From Clostridiales bacterium GWF2_38_85 (GTDB lineage Bacteria > Bacillota > Clostridia > Oscillospirales > CAG-382): a DNA stretch of 64,000 bases. Of this stretch, positions 18,048 through 28,732 are shown in pieces. The notes beneath the pieces are model-generated. The model ran no database searches. It was not told the DNA's origin and saw only the letters and a program-made list of their open reading frames with translations. Each line of letters starts with the position of its first letter. Position 1 is the first letter of the stretch. Where the stretch lies: assembly GCA_001797275.1 (NCBI GenBank), contig MGOY01000006.1:4744-68743 (forward strand), read 5' to 3'. The translations under genes and the position numbers were made by a program.

Positions 18048-19714
18048 GCTTCAGATATCCCGAAATGCAGGAATATGCACTCAAGGATATAACATTGAAT
18101 ATAAAAAGCGGTGAGTTCGTTCTTCTCTGCGGTGAAACAGGCTGCGGTAAAACGACTTTGCTGCGTATGCTGAAAAGAGAATTGTCACCATATGGCATAA
18201 AAGAAGGCAATATCCTGTTCGGAGATGTAGAACAGGATGAGCTTGACAGCGTTTCAGCAACCTCCGATATAGGTTTTATTTTTCAAAACCCGGAAGGTCA
18301 GATAATAACCGATAAAGTATGGCACGAGCTTGCATTCGGGCTTGAAAGCCTTGGACTGCCTTCCCAGGTTATCCGCCGCCGAGTCGGCGAGATGTCAAGC
18401 TATTTCGGAATCAGCGACTGGTTTCATGAAAAGACAAGCAGTCTTTCGGGCGGTCAGAAGCAGATACTTAGCCTTGCATCTATTCTTGTAATGCAACCAA
18501 AGCTGTTATTGCTTGATGAGCCGACCGGGCAACTTGATCCTATTGCTGCATCGGATTTCATAACCACTGTTCAAAAGCTGAACAAGGAAACCGGAATAAC
18601 CGTTATTATGGTTGAGCATAGACTTGAGGAAATTTTCCCGATAGCTGACAGAGTAATTGTTATGGATAAGGGCAGTATTACTGTTGATTCGTCACCGCGT
18701 GAAGCTGCAAAAATTCTGAGCAGCAGAAACCATCCGATGATATATGGTCTTCCGAGTGCAGTAAGAATTTATAATATGTTGTCAGAATCATTAACTAATA
18801 ATATGGGATGCCCGCTCACTGTCAGAGAAGGCAGAAACTTTCTCAGCGATAATTTTACAAATGAGATAAATGCAATAAAAATTGAAAAACCTTTACTTAA
18901 TTCACAAAAAATCATAGAAATGACTGATGTCTGCTTCAGATATGAACGTCAGTCACCGGATATACTCAAAAGCTTTGAATTATCAGTATGCAAAGGCGAA
19001 ATTCTCAGCATACTCGGCGCAAACGGTAGTGGCAAGACAACCGCTTTAAATGTTATTGCAGGACTTCTCAAACCGTATAGAGGAACCGTAAAAATCAACA
19101 ATACAAAACTTAAAGAATACAGAAACAATTCATTGTACAAGAACAACCTTGCCTTGCTGCCGCAGAATCCCCAAACGGTTTTTGTTAAAGATACTGTATG
19201 CGAAGATTTAGAGGAAATTTGCCTTGCTTCAGGGTTAAAAAAAGATGATATAAAAGAAGCAGTTGATGCTGTTGCTGAGAAAACCGGAATCGCTCATCTG
19301 CTCAGTAAACATCCTTATGACCTTAGTGGTGGCGAACAGCAAAAAGCAGCACTTGCTAAGATGTTGCTTCTAAACCCGAAAATTATATTGCTGGACGAGC
19401 CAACAAAAGGAATTGATGCCCGTTCAAAGAAGAGTATCGGTGATACTCTGACCGCTTTGAAAAAAGACGGTATAACTATAGTCATGGTAACACATGACAT
19501 TGAATTCGCGGCGAATATATCCGATAGATGCGCTCTGTTCTTCGACGGAGAAATAACCTCCTGCGACACACCATCGGTATTCTTTGCAGATAACAGCTTC
19601 TACACCACTGCTGCAAACCGTATTTCAAGGCATATATATAAAAATGCGGTAACATGTGAGGATGTAGTTTCGTTGTGCCATAAAAACAAAAAGCAGGATA
19701 ACCGACATGACTAA
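18020..19714 (+). CDS. ECF transporter fused (duplicated) ATPase component
   Basis: Two full ABC cassettes (GETGCGKTT...LSGGQKQ...LLLDEPT and GANGSGKTT...LSGGEQQ...ILLDEPT). Confidence 0.85.
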   Translation: MEILQIKNLSFRYPEMQEYALKDITLNIKSGEFVLLCGETGCGKTTLLRMLKRELSPYGIKEGNILFGDVEQDELDSVSATSDIGFIFQNPEGQIITDKVWHELAFGLESLGLPSQVIRRRVGEMSSYFGISDWFHEKTSSLSGGQKQILSLASILVMQPKLLLLDEPTGQLDPIAASDFITTVQKLNKETGITVIMVEHRLEEIFPIADRVIVMDKGSITVDSSPREAAKILSSRNHPMIYGLPSAVRIYNMLSESLTNNMGCPLTVREGRNFLSDNFTNEINAIKIEKPLLNSQKIIEMTDVCFRYERQSPDILKSFELSVCKGEILSILGANGSGKTTALNVIAGLLKPYRGTVKINNTKLKEYRNNSLYKNNLALLPQNPQTVFVKDTVCEDLEEICLASGLKKDDIKEAVDAVAEKTGIAHLLSKHPYDLSGGEQQKAALAKMLLLNPKIILLDEPTKGIDARSKKSIGDTLTALKKDGITIVMVTHDIEFAANISDRCALFFDGEITSCDTPSVFFADNSFYTTAANRISRHIYKNAVTCEDVVSLCHKNKKQDNRHD

Positions 19715-20417
19715 ACGAATTATAAGATATATAATATTATTCGCTGTTATCCCCGCCAGTGTTATCTTAGGTGCGGTTTTTTTCAGCGGCAAGCAGACTG
19801 CATACATATCGTTGGCTGTTACGATTTTTGCGATTGCAGCATTTCTGTTGTCGTTTGAACATAAAAAAAACTCGTCACGTGAGCTGACGGTTATCGCTGT
19901 TATGACAGCTCTGTCGGTTGTAGGACGAATGATATTTGCCTTGCTTCCGGGGTTTAAACCTGTAACCGCAATTGTTGTAATCACTGCAATGTATTTCGGC
20001 GTTGAAGCGGGTTTCCTGACAGGTGCATTGTCGGCTGTAATCTCGAACTTAACCTTCGGTCAAGGTGCATGGACACCTTTCCAGATGCTCTCCTGGGGCA
20101 TAATAGGATTATTAGCCGGATTCCTTTCACCCATTCTTAAGAAAAGTAAAATAATGTTGTCTGTTTATGCCGTTATTTCCGGTATCTTGTTTTCGTTTAT
20201 CATGGATTTCTGGTCGGTTCTTTGGATCGACAATAATATAAACTGGGCAAGGCTCGGTGCTTTTGCAGTCACAGCACTTCCTGTTACAATAGAATATGCT
20301 GTATCGAATGTAATCTTTCTGCTCCTGCTTGCAAAACCAATTGGAAAAAAGCTGGATCGAGTAAAAATAAAATTCGGACTTTTTAAAAAGGAGTTGCCTA
20401 AAATTGAAAAACAATGA
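19707..20417 (+). CDS. ECF transporter substrate-specific (S) component (substrate unknown)
   Basis: 236-aa six-helix membrane protein overlapping the ATPase gene; the T-AA-S order resembles YkoEDC-type modules. Confidence 0.5.
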   Translation: MTKRIIRYIILFAVIPASVILGAVFFSGKQTAYISLAVTIFAIAAFLLSFEHKKNSSRELTVIAVMTALSVVGRMIFALLPGFKPVTAIVVITAMYFGVEAGFLTGALSAVISNLTFGQGAWTPFQMLSWGIIGLLAGFLSPILKKSKIMLSVYAVISGILFSFIMDFWSVLWIDNNINWARLGAFAVTALPVTIEYAVSNVIFLLLLAKPIGKKLDRVKIKFGLFKKELPKIEKQ

Positions 20418-21177
20418 GCTTCAATATCATATAAAATGTAAAGCCGGTGATGTCGGAAGGTATTGTATTTTACCCGGTGATCCCGGTCGTTGTGAGAAAA
20501 TCGCAGCTTATTTTGATAACCCCATTTTTATTGTATCCAACCGTGAATATACTGTGTACACCGGTACCTTGAGCGACGAAAAGGTTTCTGTCTGCTCAAC
20601 GGGCATCGGTGGACCCTCTGCGGCAATTGCTATCGAAGAGCTTACAGCAATCGGAGCCGACACTTTTATACGGGTAGGCACCTGTGGTGGTATAAATATG
20701 AAGGTCAAGGCAGGCGACTGTGTAATCGCAACCGCTTCAACAAGGCAGGATGGCACAAGCAAGGAATATTCACCACTCGAATACCCTGCTGTTTCAGATT
20801 TCGATGTTGCAGCTGTGTTGATTGAAGCAGCAACAAAACTTGCCTATCCATATCACAAGGGTGTAGTACAGAGCAAGGATTCGTTTTACGGACAGCATGA
20901 TCCGCAAAGGATGCCGACTGCTCCCGAGCTGTTATACAAATGGGAAGCATGGAAAAAGCTCGGTGTGCTTGCCAGCGAAATGGAATCATCAACGCTGTTT
21001 GTTGTCGGAGCAACACTCGGAGTAAGATGCGGTGCTATTTTCTACACTGTCTGGAATCAGGAAAGAGTGAATGCCGGTATTGTTGATGAAAATGACGGTG
21101 ACAATTCGAAATCGATAAAAATTGCAATCGAAGCGATGAAAATACTTATAAAAAAAGATAAACTCATAGGAGAATAA
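20404..21177 (+). CDS. udp: uridine phosphorylase
   Basis: Strong resemblance to E. coli Udp: [43 protein letters not shown]. Confidence 0.8.
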   Translation: MKNNELQYHIKCKAGDVGRYCILPGDPGRCEKIAAYFDNPIFIVSNREYTVYTGTLSDEKVSVCSTGIGGPSAAIAIEELTAIGADTFIRVGTCGGINMKVKAGDCVIATASTRQDGTSKEYSPLEYPAVSDFDVAAVLIEAATKLAYPYHKGVVQSKDSFYGQHDPQRMPTAPELLYKWEAWKKLGVLASEMESSTLFVVGATLGVRCGAIFYTVWNQERVNAGIVDENDGDNSKSIKIAIEAMKILIKKDKLIGE

Positions 21178-21179
21178 TT

Positions 21180-23390
21180 TTGCGATCTGTTAATATACTT
21201 TTATTTATTTTAACGCTATCAGTCATTTTACCCGCTTGTGCTTATAATAAAGTACCCACACCATATGAATCGAATATATCCGTTGAAAACAGCAACGAAA
21301 TTTCTGATTTAGAGAGCAATACTGAAATTAATGCTTCTGAAGAAGATAATACTTCAGATGAAAGTATTATTGACGAATCCATAGATGAATCAAGTATTGT
21401 TGATATTACCAGGTTTAATTTACTCAGCCAATTCACAGATTCGCTTGATGAATTTACAAGAGCTCGTATATCGGAGAACTTTATCAATTGGATTTCTGAA
21501 AATTGCGGACCAGAGGTTATTGATGAAATTTTATCAGCTTTAGAAAATAATATTTATGATAAAGAACAATGGTATAAGCTTACTGGGAACACAATAACGG
21601 TTTTATATGACAAGTTCAACGCTACAAATGAAAATATAATTCAAAAACAGGATAATGGCGACGGTATTACATCAATGATTTTCACCGGCGACATATCGCT
21701 GGCTGACAACTGGTATAATATTAAGGACATGGTTGAAAAGAATAAAACTATATCCGATTATATTGACAGTACATACATTAATGAAATGGTCGGTTCAGAT
21801 ATAACGCTTGTAAACAATGAGTTTACGATAAGCGAACAAGGTGAACCGCTTACAGGGAAAAAATATGTTCTTAGAGCCAGTCCTGAGAGGCTGAAAATGT
21901 ACAAAGCACTTGGAGTTGATATAGTATCTCTTGCAAACAATCATGTATATGATTATGGGAAAGCTGCTTTCCTTGATACTTTGAATTATTTGAAATCTGC
22001 CGGTATACCATACATCGGTGCAGGAATAAATTTATCACAAGCAATGCAGCCACAGTATTATATAATCAACGGCAGAAAAATCGCATTTGTCGCAGCTAAC
22101 CGTTCGGAAAAATACATTTACACCCCGGCAGCAACAGATAACAGTCCCGGAGTTCTCAGATGCTATGATACTGCGCTCTTGAAATATGTTATCCAAGAAG
22201 CAAGACAGAACGCAGATTATTTATTTGTATATGTTCACTGGGGAACCGAATTTTCACACAACTTCGATGAGATTCAGCAGGTGCAGGGATATGAATATAT
22301 TGATGCCGGTGCCGATGCTGTTATTGGCTCACATTCGCACTGTCTGCAGGGCGTCGAGTTTTATAAAGGTAAGCCGATTATCTACGGGCTGGGTAATTTC
22401 TGGTTCAGCGGTAACTCAGAAGAGCTTGGTGTATTAAAAATCGTTATTGATGATACAGGGAAAATAAGTTTTCAGATGCTTATCGGCAAAGAAGACAAGT
22501 TCAAAACTGTATATTCAACCGTGACATCAAAAGCTAATCTTCTTGATTTCCTAAAAAATATCTCAAAGAATGTATATATCGATGAAGCCGGAATGCTGAC
22601 ACCGCTTGAAAATCATTATTCATTCTCATCCAATATCACAGACGATTCTATGTTAAATAAACTGCAACAGTTATCCGATTATACAAAACAGTATAGTGGT
22701 ATCAGCATTTATTATAAAAATGCTGATGGTTTATACTACTCCTATAATGCAGATGTTAAATATATAACTGCAAGCACAATCAAAGGTCCGTTTTCACTGT
22801 ATATTTTAATGAAAGCCGATGAAGGTAAAGTTAGTCTTGATACTATGATTGAGTTGAAAGCTTTTCAAATATGGCGGGGCGGCGGAGTAATTAAGAACAG
22901 TCCTGTCGGCACTGAATATTCAATCAGGCAGCTTATTGAATATGCTATAATTGAAAGCGATAATACTGCTTATAAAATGTTGGTTGATTATTTTGGAGTA
23001 ACCGAATTCAATCAGTATGTTACCGAAAAAGGTTTGAGCTTGCAACTTATAGAAGGTAATGGTTACGGTTATTGCACAGCCAGTGAAATGGCTGAGTTAT
23101 ATCTTGATATTTATAATTATAAAGGGAAAAATGCAGATTTCCTTATTGATTGTTTGCTCAAGACAAAATACAGTGTACAAATACAACAAGGTATAACCGA
23201 ATATCCGGTTGCAGAGAAATATGGCTGCCAGGGTGGTATAAAAGGATATCATGATGTAGCTATTGTATATTCACCAACTACCTTTGTACTGTCGATTTTC
23301 ACTTTGATTGATGCTGAAAGTGAAAACAGCGCAGGACCATTTATATATATTTCCGAAGTAATAAATGACATTAATACGGCACTTTCATGA
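21180..23390 (+). CDS. lipoprotein fusing a CapA/PgsA-type (metallophosphatase-fold) domain to a C-terminal class-A beta-lactamase-like serine hydrolase domain
   Basis: Lipobox LPACAY; acidic S/E/D linker; CapA-like IFTGDISLADNW...ANNHVYDYG...VHWGTEFSHN...GSHSHCLQG...GLGNFWF; C-terminal STIK (SxxK), ESDNTA (SDN), EKYGCQG (KTG-like). Confidence 0.6.
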   Translation: MRSVNILLFILTLSVILPACAYNKVPTPYESNISVENSNEISDLESNTEINASEEDNTSDESIIDESIDESSIVDITRFNLLSQFTDSLDEFTRARISENFINWISENCGPEVIDEILSALENNIYDKEQWYKLTGNTITVLYDKFNATNENIIQKQDNGDGITSMIFTGDISLADNWYNIKDMVEKNKTISDYIDSTYINEMVGSDITLVNNEFTISEQGEPLTGKKYVLRASPERLKMYKALGVDIVSLANNHVYDYGKAAFLDTLNYLKSAGIPYIGAGINLSQAMQPQYYIINGRKIAFVAANRSEKYIYTPAATDNSPGVLRCYDTALLKYVIQEARQNADYLFVYVHWGTEFSHNFDEIQQVQGYEYIDAGADAVIGSHSHCLQGVEFYKGKPIIYGLGNFWFSGNSEELGVLKIVIDDTGKISFQMLIGKEDKFKTVYSTVTSKANLLDFLKNISKNVYIDEAGMLTPLENHYSFSSNITDDSMLNKLQQLSDYTKQYSGISIYYKNADGLYYSYNADVKYITASTIKGPFSLYILMKADEGKVSLDTMIELKAFQIWRGGGVIKNSPVGTEYSIRQLIEYAIIESDNTAYKMLVDYFGVTEFNQYVTEKGLSLQLIEGNGYGYCTASEMAELYLDIYNYKGKNADFLIDCLLKTKYSVQIQQGITEYPVAEKYGCQGGIKGYHDVAIVYSPTTFVLSIFTLIDAESENSAGPFIYISEVINDINTALS

Positions 23391-23627
23391 GTGCTGTGTT
23401 TTTTATTTAATATTACCCAAAATATATGCATATATAAATAAAATTTCGCGTATTATTACGAAATTATTTCTATTGATATTTAAAAAAAACAAGCGTATAC
23501 TGTAGCAGGAAACAGGAATATTACTTAAAATAATTGTCTGAAAAACTGATGTTTTTTCAGGCGATTTTTGCGCAATACAATATGCTTCCTTAACACATCT
23601 TTGAGAAAGGATTTTGTGGTATAAACC

Positions 23628-24656
23628 ATGGAAGAACAAACAAAACCTGACCCCTATCCCGGTATAAAAATCGGACTGACCTATAATCTTAAGAAAGAAA
23701 ATCATTCAGGAACTCATGATGAAGAAGCAGAGTATGACAATATCGAAACAATATTCGCACTTAAAAATGCATTTGAAAAAGCAGGTTATCATGTTGAACT
23801 GATGGAAGCCGATGATGACCTCCCCCTAAGACTAAAGAATACAAAGGTTGATATTGTTTTCAACATTGCTGAGGGAAGAGGCGGAAGAGGCAGAGAAGCT
23901 CAGGTTCCCTCATTGCTTAATATGATGGGTATAAAATTCGCAGGCTCCGACGAAACCACTCTTTGTATTGCGCTTGATAAAGCACTTACCAAAAGAGTAT
24001 TATCGACCTATAAGATTAAAACTCCAAAATTCAAAGTAGTATCCGATATCAAAAAAATGGGTAGCTTTAAAGGCTTCCTTTTTCCTGTTATCGTAAAGCC
24101 GAATGCCGAAGGCTCAAGCAAGGGTATTTCGGATGTTTGTATTGCCGAAGATATTACCTCTTTGAAAAATCTCCTTACAGATAACATTACGAGCTACAAA
24201 CAATCTATGCTTGTCGAAGAATACATCGACGGCCGCGAATTCACAGTTGGCATTCTAGGCAACGGAAGAGATACAAAGGTCTTCCGCCCGATGGAGATTG
24301 TTTATCTTGATCAAAACCGTAATTACAGTGTTTACAGCTTCAATGTGAAACAAAATTATAAAAAACTGATTCGTTATGACTGCCCCGCAGCATTAGATCA
24401 ACAGATTGAAGATAAAATGATTAAAACAGCAAGAAAAATCTATGATACGCTTGAATGCAAGGATTTTTCACGCATGGACTTCAGACTGTCAAACGATAAT
24501 GAAATTTATTTCATAGAAATAAATCCGCTGCCCGGGCTTGCACCCGGCTACAGCGATTATCCCATGCTTGCCGATTTCAACGGCACCGATTATGACACAC
24601 TTGTTCAAAGCATAATATACTGTGCTTTGAAACGTTATAATATTCGGAAGGGATGA
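23628..24656 (+). CDS. D-Ala-D-Ala-ligase-like ATP-grasp enzyme
   Basis: VIVKPNAEGSSKGIS and EEYIDGREFTVGILGN match Ddl-family ATP-grasp motifs. Confidence 0.7.
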   Translation: MEEQTKPDPYPGIKIGLTYNLKKENHSGTHDEEAEYDNIETIFALKNAFEKAGYHVELMEADDDLPLRLKNTKVDIVFNIAEGRGGRGREAQVPSLLNMMGIKFAGSDETTLCIALDKALTKRVLSTYKIKTPKFKVVSDIKKMGSFKGFLFPVIVKPNAEGSSKGISDVCIAEDITSLKNLLTDNITSYKQSMLVEEYIDGREFTVGILGNGRDTKVFRPMEIVYLDQNRNYSVYSFNVKQNYKKLIRYDCPAALDQQIEDKMIKTARKIYDTLECKDFSRMDFRLSNDNEIYFIEINPLPGLAPGYSDYPMLADFNGTDYDTLVQSIIYCALKRYNIRKG

Positions 24657-25795
24657 GTGAATTGAACACTGAGGTTTCACAACTTATCAATTCCAACGAG
24701 AGACCTTCATACTGGTATGACTGGAAATGGCAATATAAGAACAGAATTACAACAGTTGAAGAGCTTCGGAGAATAATCACTCTTTCAGAAAAAGAAAAAA
24801 GTGATATAGAATTTTGCCTTACCAACTTTAGGATGGCAATAACCCCTTATTATGCATCTTTGATGCAAAAAGACAACGTAAATTGCCCTATTAGGATGCA
24901 GGCCGTACCGACAATAAACGAAACTGTCAAGCTTGATTGCGAAATGGCTGATCCGCTCAACGAAGAAGGAGAAAGCCCGGTTCCGAATATTGTGCATCGT
25001 TATCCCGACAGAGTCTTGTTCCTCGTAACTCACAGATGCTCAATGTACTGCAGACATTGTACAAGACGTCGCGTTGTAGGCGAAGAAGACAATATCATAA
25101 CCGAAGCGGAGATAAAAACCGCTGTTGATTATATTTCTCAAAATACGAAGATACGTGATGTTCTGATTTCAGGCGGCGACCCGTTTGTTATGAGCGACGA
25201 AAGACTCGAGAGAATTATCTCTGCACTTCGTGCAATTGAACACGTTGAAATAATAAGAATCGGTACCCGAGTTCCGGTTGTAATGCCAATGAGAGTTACT
25301 GAAGGTCTCGTTAACATGCTGAGAAAGTATCATCCTATCTGGATAAATACTCATTTTAACCATCCGAGTGAGCTTACCCCAGATGCAATAGCTGCCTGCG
25401 CCAGAATAGTTGATGCAGGCATCCCTCTCGGTAACCAGAGTGTTTTGTTGCGTGGTATAAACGACAATGTTGATACAATGAAAACACTACTGCTCAAGTT
25501 GGTTAAATCCAGAGTCAGACCGTATTATCTGTATCAATGTGATCTGAGCCAGGGGCTCGGACATTTCCGCACAAGAGTTGAAAAAGGTGTTGAAATTATA
25601 CAAGCACTGACTGGCAATATATCAGGTTATGCTGTACCGAAATTTGTTATAGATGCACCCGGCGGTGGCGGCAAAATTCCTGTTAATCCCGAATATATCA
25701 TATCCGGAGATAATAAGAAATACATTCTCCGCAACTATAAAGGTGATATTTACAAATATCCGCAGCCGCCTGATCTTGCAGACGAATACAAATAA
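24653..25795 (+). CDS. KamA-family (lysine-2,3-aminomutase-like) radical SAM protein
   Basis: HRYPDRVLFLVTHRCSMYCRHCTRRR (CxxxCxxC radical SAM, KamA signature context); ATGA start/stop overlap with the upstream ATP-grasp gene. Confidence 0.75.
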   Translation: MSELNTEVSQLINSNERPSYWYDWKWQYKNRITTVEELRRIITLSEKEKSDIEFCLTNFRMAITPYYASLMQKDNVNCPIRMQAVPTINETVKLDCEMADPLNEEGESPVPNIVHRYPDRVLFLVTHRCSMYCRHCTRRRVVGEEDNIITEAEIKTAVDYISQNTKIRDVLISGGDPFVMSDERLERIISALRAIEHVEIIRIGTRVPVVMPMRVTEGLVNMLRKYHPIWINTHFNHPSELTPDAIAACARIVDAGIPLGNQSVLLRGINDNVDTMKTLLLKLVKSRVRPYYLYQCDLSQGLGHFRTRVEKGVEIIQALTGNISGYAVPKFVIDAPGGGGKIPVNPEYIISGDNKKYILRNYKGDIYKYPQPPDLADEYK

Positions 25796-25839
25796 AACAA
25801 AATAAGATGTCGGTTTTTCCGGCATTTTTATTATTGCGA

Positions 25840-25880
25840 AGAAAAAATCAGGCAGAATCAATCTGCCTGATTAATTTTAA
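25840..25880. terminator. bidirectional rho-independent terminator
   Basis: aaaaaATCAGGCAGaatcaaTCTGCCTGATtaatttt. Confidence 0.65.
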
Positions 25881-25891
25881 TTAAATTTAAC

Positions 25892-27241
25892 TTAGCGAGC
25901 TTTTTTAACTACAACTGCAAGACCGAATAAGCTTATAACTGCGATAACAGCAACAACAGCTATACCATCGCCTGTAGGAATTGTTGAACTTTCAGATTCT
26001 GTCGTAGATTCAACAGGTTCAACATATTCGCCCTTAAGGGTTACAACAGGAGTCTTTGACCAGTCGTTCGAACCAAAGATACCGCCGCCGTCACGAAGAC
26101 GAACAACTCTCTGTTTTGTATCGTATGTGTTTATAGTGAAGGAAACGCCGATTATATTATTATCAGCAACACTGAGTTCGTAACCTTCAATTGCGAAATT
26201 AGCTATAGGAAGTTTTACTTCATATACAGTTTTGCCTGCATCATCATCACGAGTAGCTTTGCCTTCCCATGTGCCGGATGCATTAATCCAGTTAGTTTGT
26301 TTTGTAACGCCGTCATCATTTACGCCAAGACCGATTTGGTACATATAAGTTGTTGCACCGGCGCCATCGAGCCAGTTAAGAGCATGATCAAGGTTTTCCA
26401 TTGTGTTGGGGTTGATTGTAGAGATGTTAATCTGTACGCAGTCAACTGCCCACATTCCGCTGTCTGCTGTAGCAACAGGATAATAGTGATTTTCTGATGA
26501 TATATCCCAGCCGAGATAGATATATTCATCATCATATGTAGCATAGAAATAACCGGTTGCATACTGGTCATTAGCCTCGAACCATCTGTAATCGCAGAAC
26601 TGGCTTTCGCCGTTGATTTCCATTATAGCATCGCCATATTCGCTAGCGCCAATGATACCATCAAGTGTAGGAGCGGAGGTTGTCTTATAGAAATCCCATT
26701 GAATACTTGCAACAGGAAGTCCTTGGACAGCAACAGCATCACCAACTGCATATAAAGCAATGTTTGTTGCATTACTTACGCTTGTTGTCTGCCAAGCTGC
26801 AGCGATTGTATTATCAGGATCAAGAGCTGCTTCCCATTTGTGAGCAAGAAGAACGAAACCGTCTTCCGGAACTTCGATAGCACTCTTGTCAACACCGTCG
26901 CATGGTAATACTTGAGTAACTTCATATTTATATGAAGTTCTGCTGTACTCAACAACAACGCCAGGCCACCAACCGAATGAGCCTGCGTCACCTACTGTGT
27001 CACAAACATCGCCTGTAAGAATAACACAGTCAGCAAGTCCACCTGCTTTGTTCATCTTGTTAATATAAACTGCCTGAGGTGCTGCGCCGGCAGCAGGATG
27101 ACCATCGTTGCCCTTCATCATATAAGCTGATCCGTCAAGATCAACACCGGCTGTACGATCGAAAGTTTCAGCTGAACCAAGAATCAATGTCATTGAAACC
27201 AATAACATTGCAACGAGAAAAATCGAGATAATTTTTTTCAT
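25892..27241 (-). CDS. secreted/cell-surface protein with an N-terminal signal peptide and a C-terminal TM anchor
   Basis: MKKIISIFLVAMLLVSMTLILGSA signal; C-terminus GIAVVAVIAVISLFGLAVVVKKAR; no catalytic motif recognised. Confidence 0.5.
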   Translation of the reverse strand: MKKIISIFLVAMLLVSMTLILGSAETFDRTAGVDLDGSAYMMKGNDGHPAAGAAPQAVYINKMNKAGGLADCVILTGDVCDTVGDAGSFGWWPGVVVEYSRTSYKYEVTQVLPCDGVDKSAIEVPEDGFVLLAHKWEAALDPDNTIAAAWQTTSVSNATNIALYAVGDAVAVQGLPVASIQWDFYKTTSAPTLDGIIGASEYGDAIMEINGESQFCDYRWFEANDQYATGYFYATYDDEYIYLGWDISSENHYYPVATADSGMWAVDCVQINISTINPNTMENLDHALNWLDGAGATTYMYQIGLGVNDDGVTKQTNWINASGTWEGKATRDDDAGKTVYEVKLPIANFAIEGYELSVADNNIIGVSFTINTYDTKQRVVRLRDGGGIFGSNDWSKTPVVTLKGEYVEPVESTTESESSTIPTGDGIAVVAVIAVISLFGLAVVVKKAR

Positions 27242-27451
27242 TTAATTAATTTGCCCCTTTCAAAATTTGTTATCTTGATTGTACCACCAAATTTTAGTTA
27301 TGTCAATAGTATTTTTTAAAAAATTCATATTTTGATTAAAGTGTGTGAGCAAAATATATTTATTAACTACATATTTCTTGCGTATATTAAATATTTGTGA
27401 ACAAAAAATACGATGAATTCTGTTATCCACCGTATTTAAAATAATATTCAA

Positions 27452-28705
27452 TTATCTGATCTGCTTTTCGGCAATTGCAAGTTTAGCGCAACAACACATA
27501 ATCGGCAATGCTTTATTCAATTCTGCAAGTGACGGATAGGTCGGAGCAACACGGATATTCCTGTCTTCCGGGTCCACGCCGTAAGGATATGTGGCGCCTG
27601 CAGGAGTAAGTGTAACACCTGCTTCCTTTGCAAGCTGAACCACCCTCTTTGCCGTACCATTCGGCAAATTCAAACTTATGAAATAACCCCCGTTAGGATT
27701 GGTCCAATTAATATCCTCAACTCCGCTGAGATTTTTTTCAAATGCTTCAAGTACTGCAACAAATTTCGGTTTTACTATTTTTAGATGCTTCTGCATTTGT
27801 TCAAGAACAGATTCAAAGGTTGGAAACATTCTGCAATGTCTGAGCTGGTTTATTTTATCGTAACCAATTGTCTGAACCTTTAGGCCTTCAAGCACCGCAT
27901 TGATATTGTTCTTAGAACAAGCGAGAGCGGCAATGCCAGCACCTGCATATGATATCTTTGAGGTTGAGGTAAATATATAGAATAAATCCTCATTGCCGAC
28001 CTTCTTTGCCGCTTCAAGCACATTGAGAAGCTTATCGGCTTTATCATTGATATCATGGAGTGCATATGCATTATCCCAGAATACTCTGAAATCATCTGCC
28101 TTTGGTTTCAGATTTGCAAATCTCATTACTGTTTCATCAGAATATGTTATTCCTGTCGGATTCGAATATTTCGGGACGCACCAGATACCTTTTATTGTAT
28201 CGTCGTTTTTAATATACATTTCGACAACATCCATATCAGGTCCTTCGGCTATCATCGGAACGTTAATCATATTTATGTTATTATATTCGCAGATTGCGAA
28301 ATGACGGTCATATCCGGGCACCGGACAAAGAAAGGATATTTTGTCGTATTTCGACCAGGGTTTACTTCCTTTTTTTACACCGTGTGACATTGCTCTCGCA
28401 ACTGTATCATACATCAGATTAAGGCTGGAGTTGCCGCCGGCAATAACCTCGTCGGGTGATACCCCGAGAATATTTGAAAACAACTCTCTGACCTCAGGAA
28501 TACCTGTCAGATTGCCGTAGTTGCGGCAGTCGATTCCGTCTCTCGAGAAGCAGTCTGCATTTGTTTGTATAACAGTCAGGATTCTTTCAGCAGTATCCAA
28601 CTGATTTTCAGCAGGCTTGCCTCTTGACATATCAAGCTTCAGCTCTTGTTGCTTGTAACCATTGTATTCATTTAATAAAGCATTGTAATCAAATTTTGAT
28701 TGCAT
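27452..28705 (-). CDS. PLP-dependent aminotransferase (class I/II fold)
   Basis: 417-aa ORF with an aminotransferase-like pattern, including a SKxxxxAGxxxA-type lysine region (TSTSKISYAGAGIAA). Confidence 0.55.
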   Translation of the reverse strand: MQSKFDYNALLNEYNGYKQQELKLDMSRGKPAENQLDTAERILTVIQTNADCFSRDGIDCRNYGNLTGIPEVRELFSNILGVSPDEVIAGGNSSLNLMYDTVARAMSHGVKKGSKPWSKYDKISFLCPVPGYDRHFAICEYNNINMINVPMIAEGPDMDVVEMYIKNDDTIKGIWCVPKYSNPTGITYSDETVMRFANLKPKADDFRVFWDNAYALHDINDKADKLLNVLEAAKKVGNEDLFYIFTSTSKISYAGAGIAALACSKNNINAVLEGLKVQTIGYDKINQLRHCRMFPTFESVLEQMQKHLKIVKPKFVAVLEAFEKNLSGVEDINWTNPNGGYFISLNLPNGTAKRVVQLAKEAGVTLTPAGATYPYGVDPEDRNIRVAPTYPSLAELNKALPIMCCCAKLAIAEKQIR

Positions 28706-28732
28706 TAATTTGTCCCTCTCAAGTTTAACAGT

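Noticed and set aside
27260-27451. 63-aa ORF between the surface protein gene and the aminotransferase gene
   Set aside because: Intergenic AT-rich region (MNIILNTVDNRIH...). No RBS and no conservation signal.
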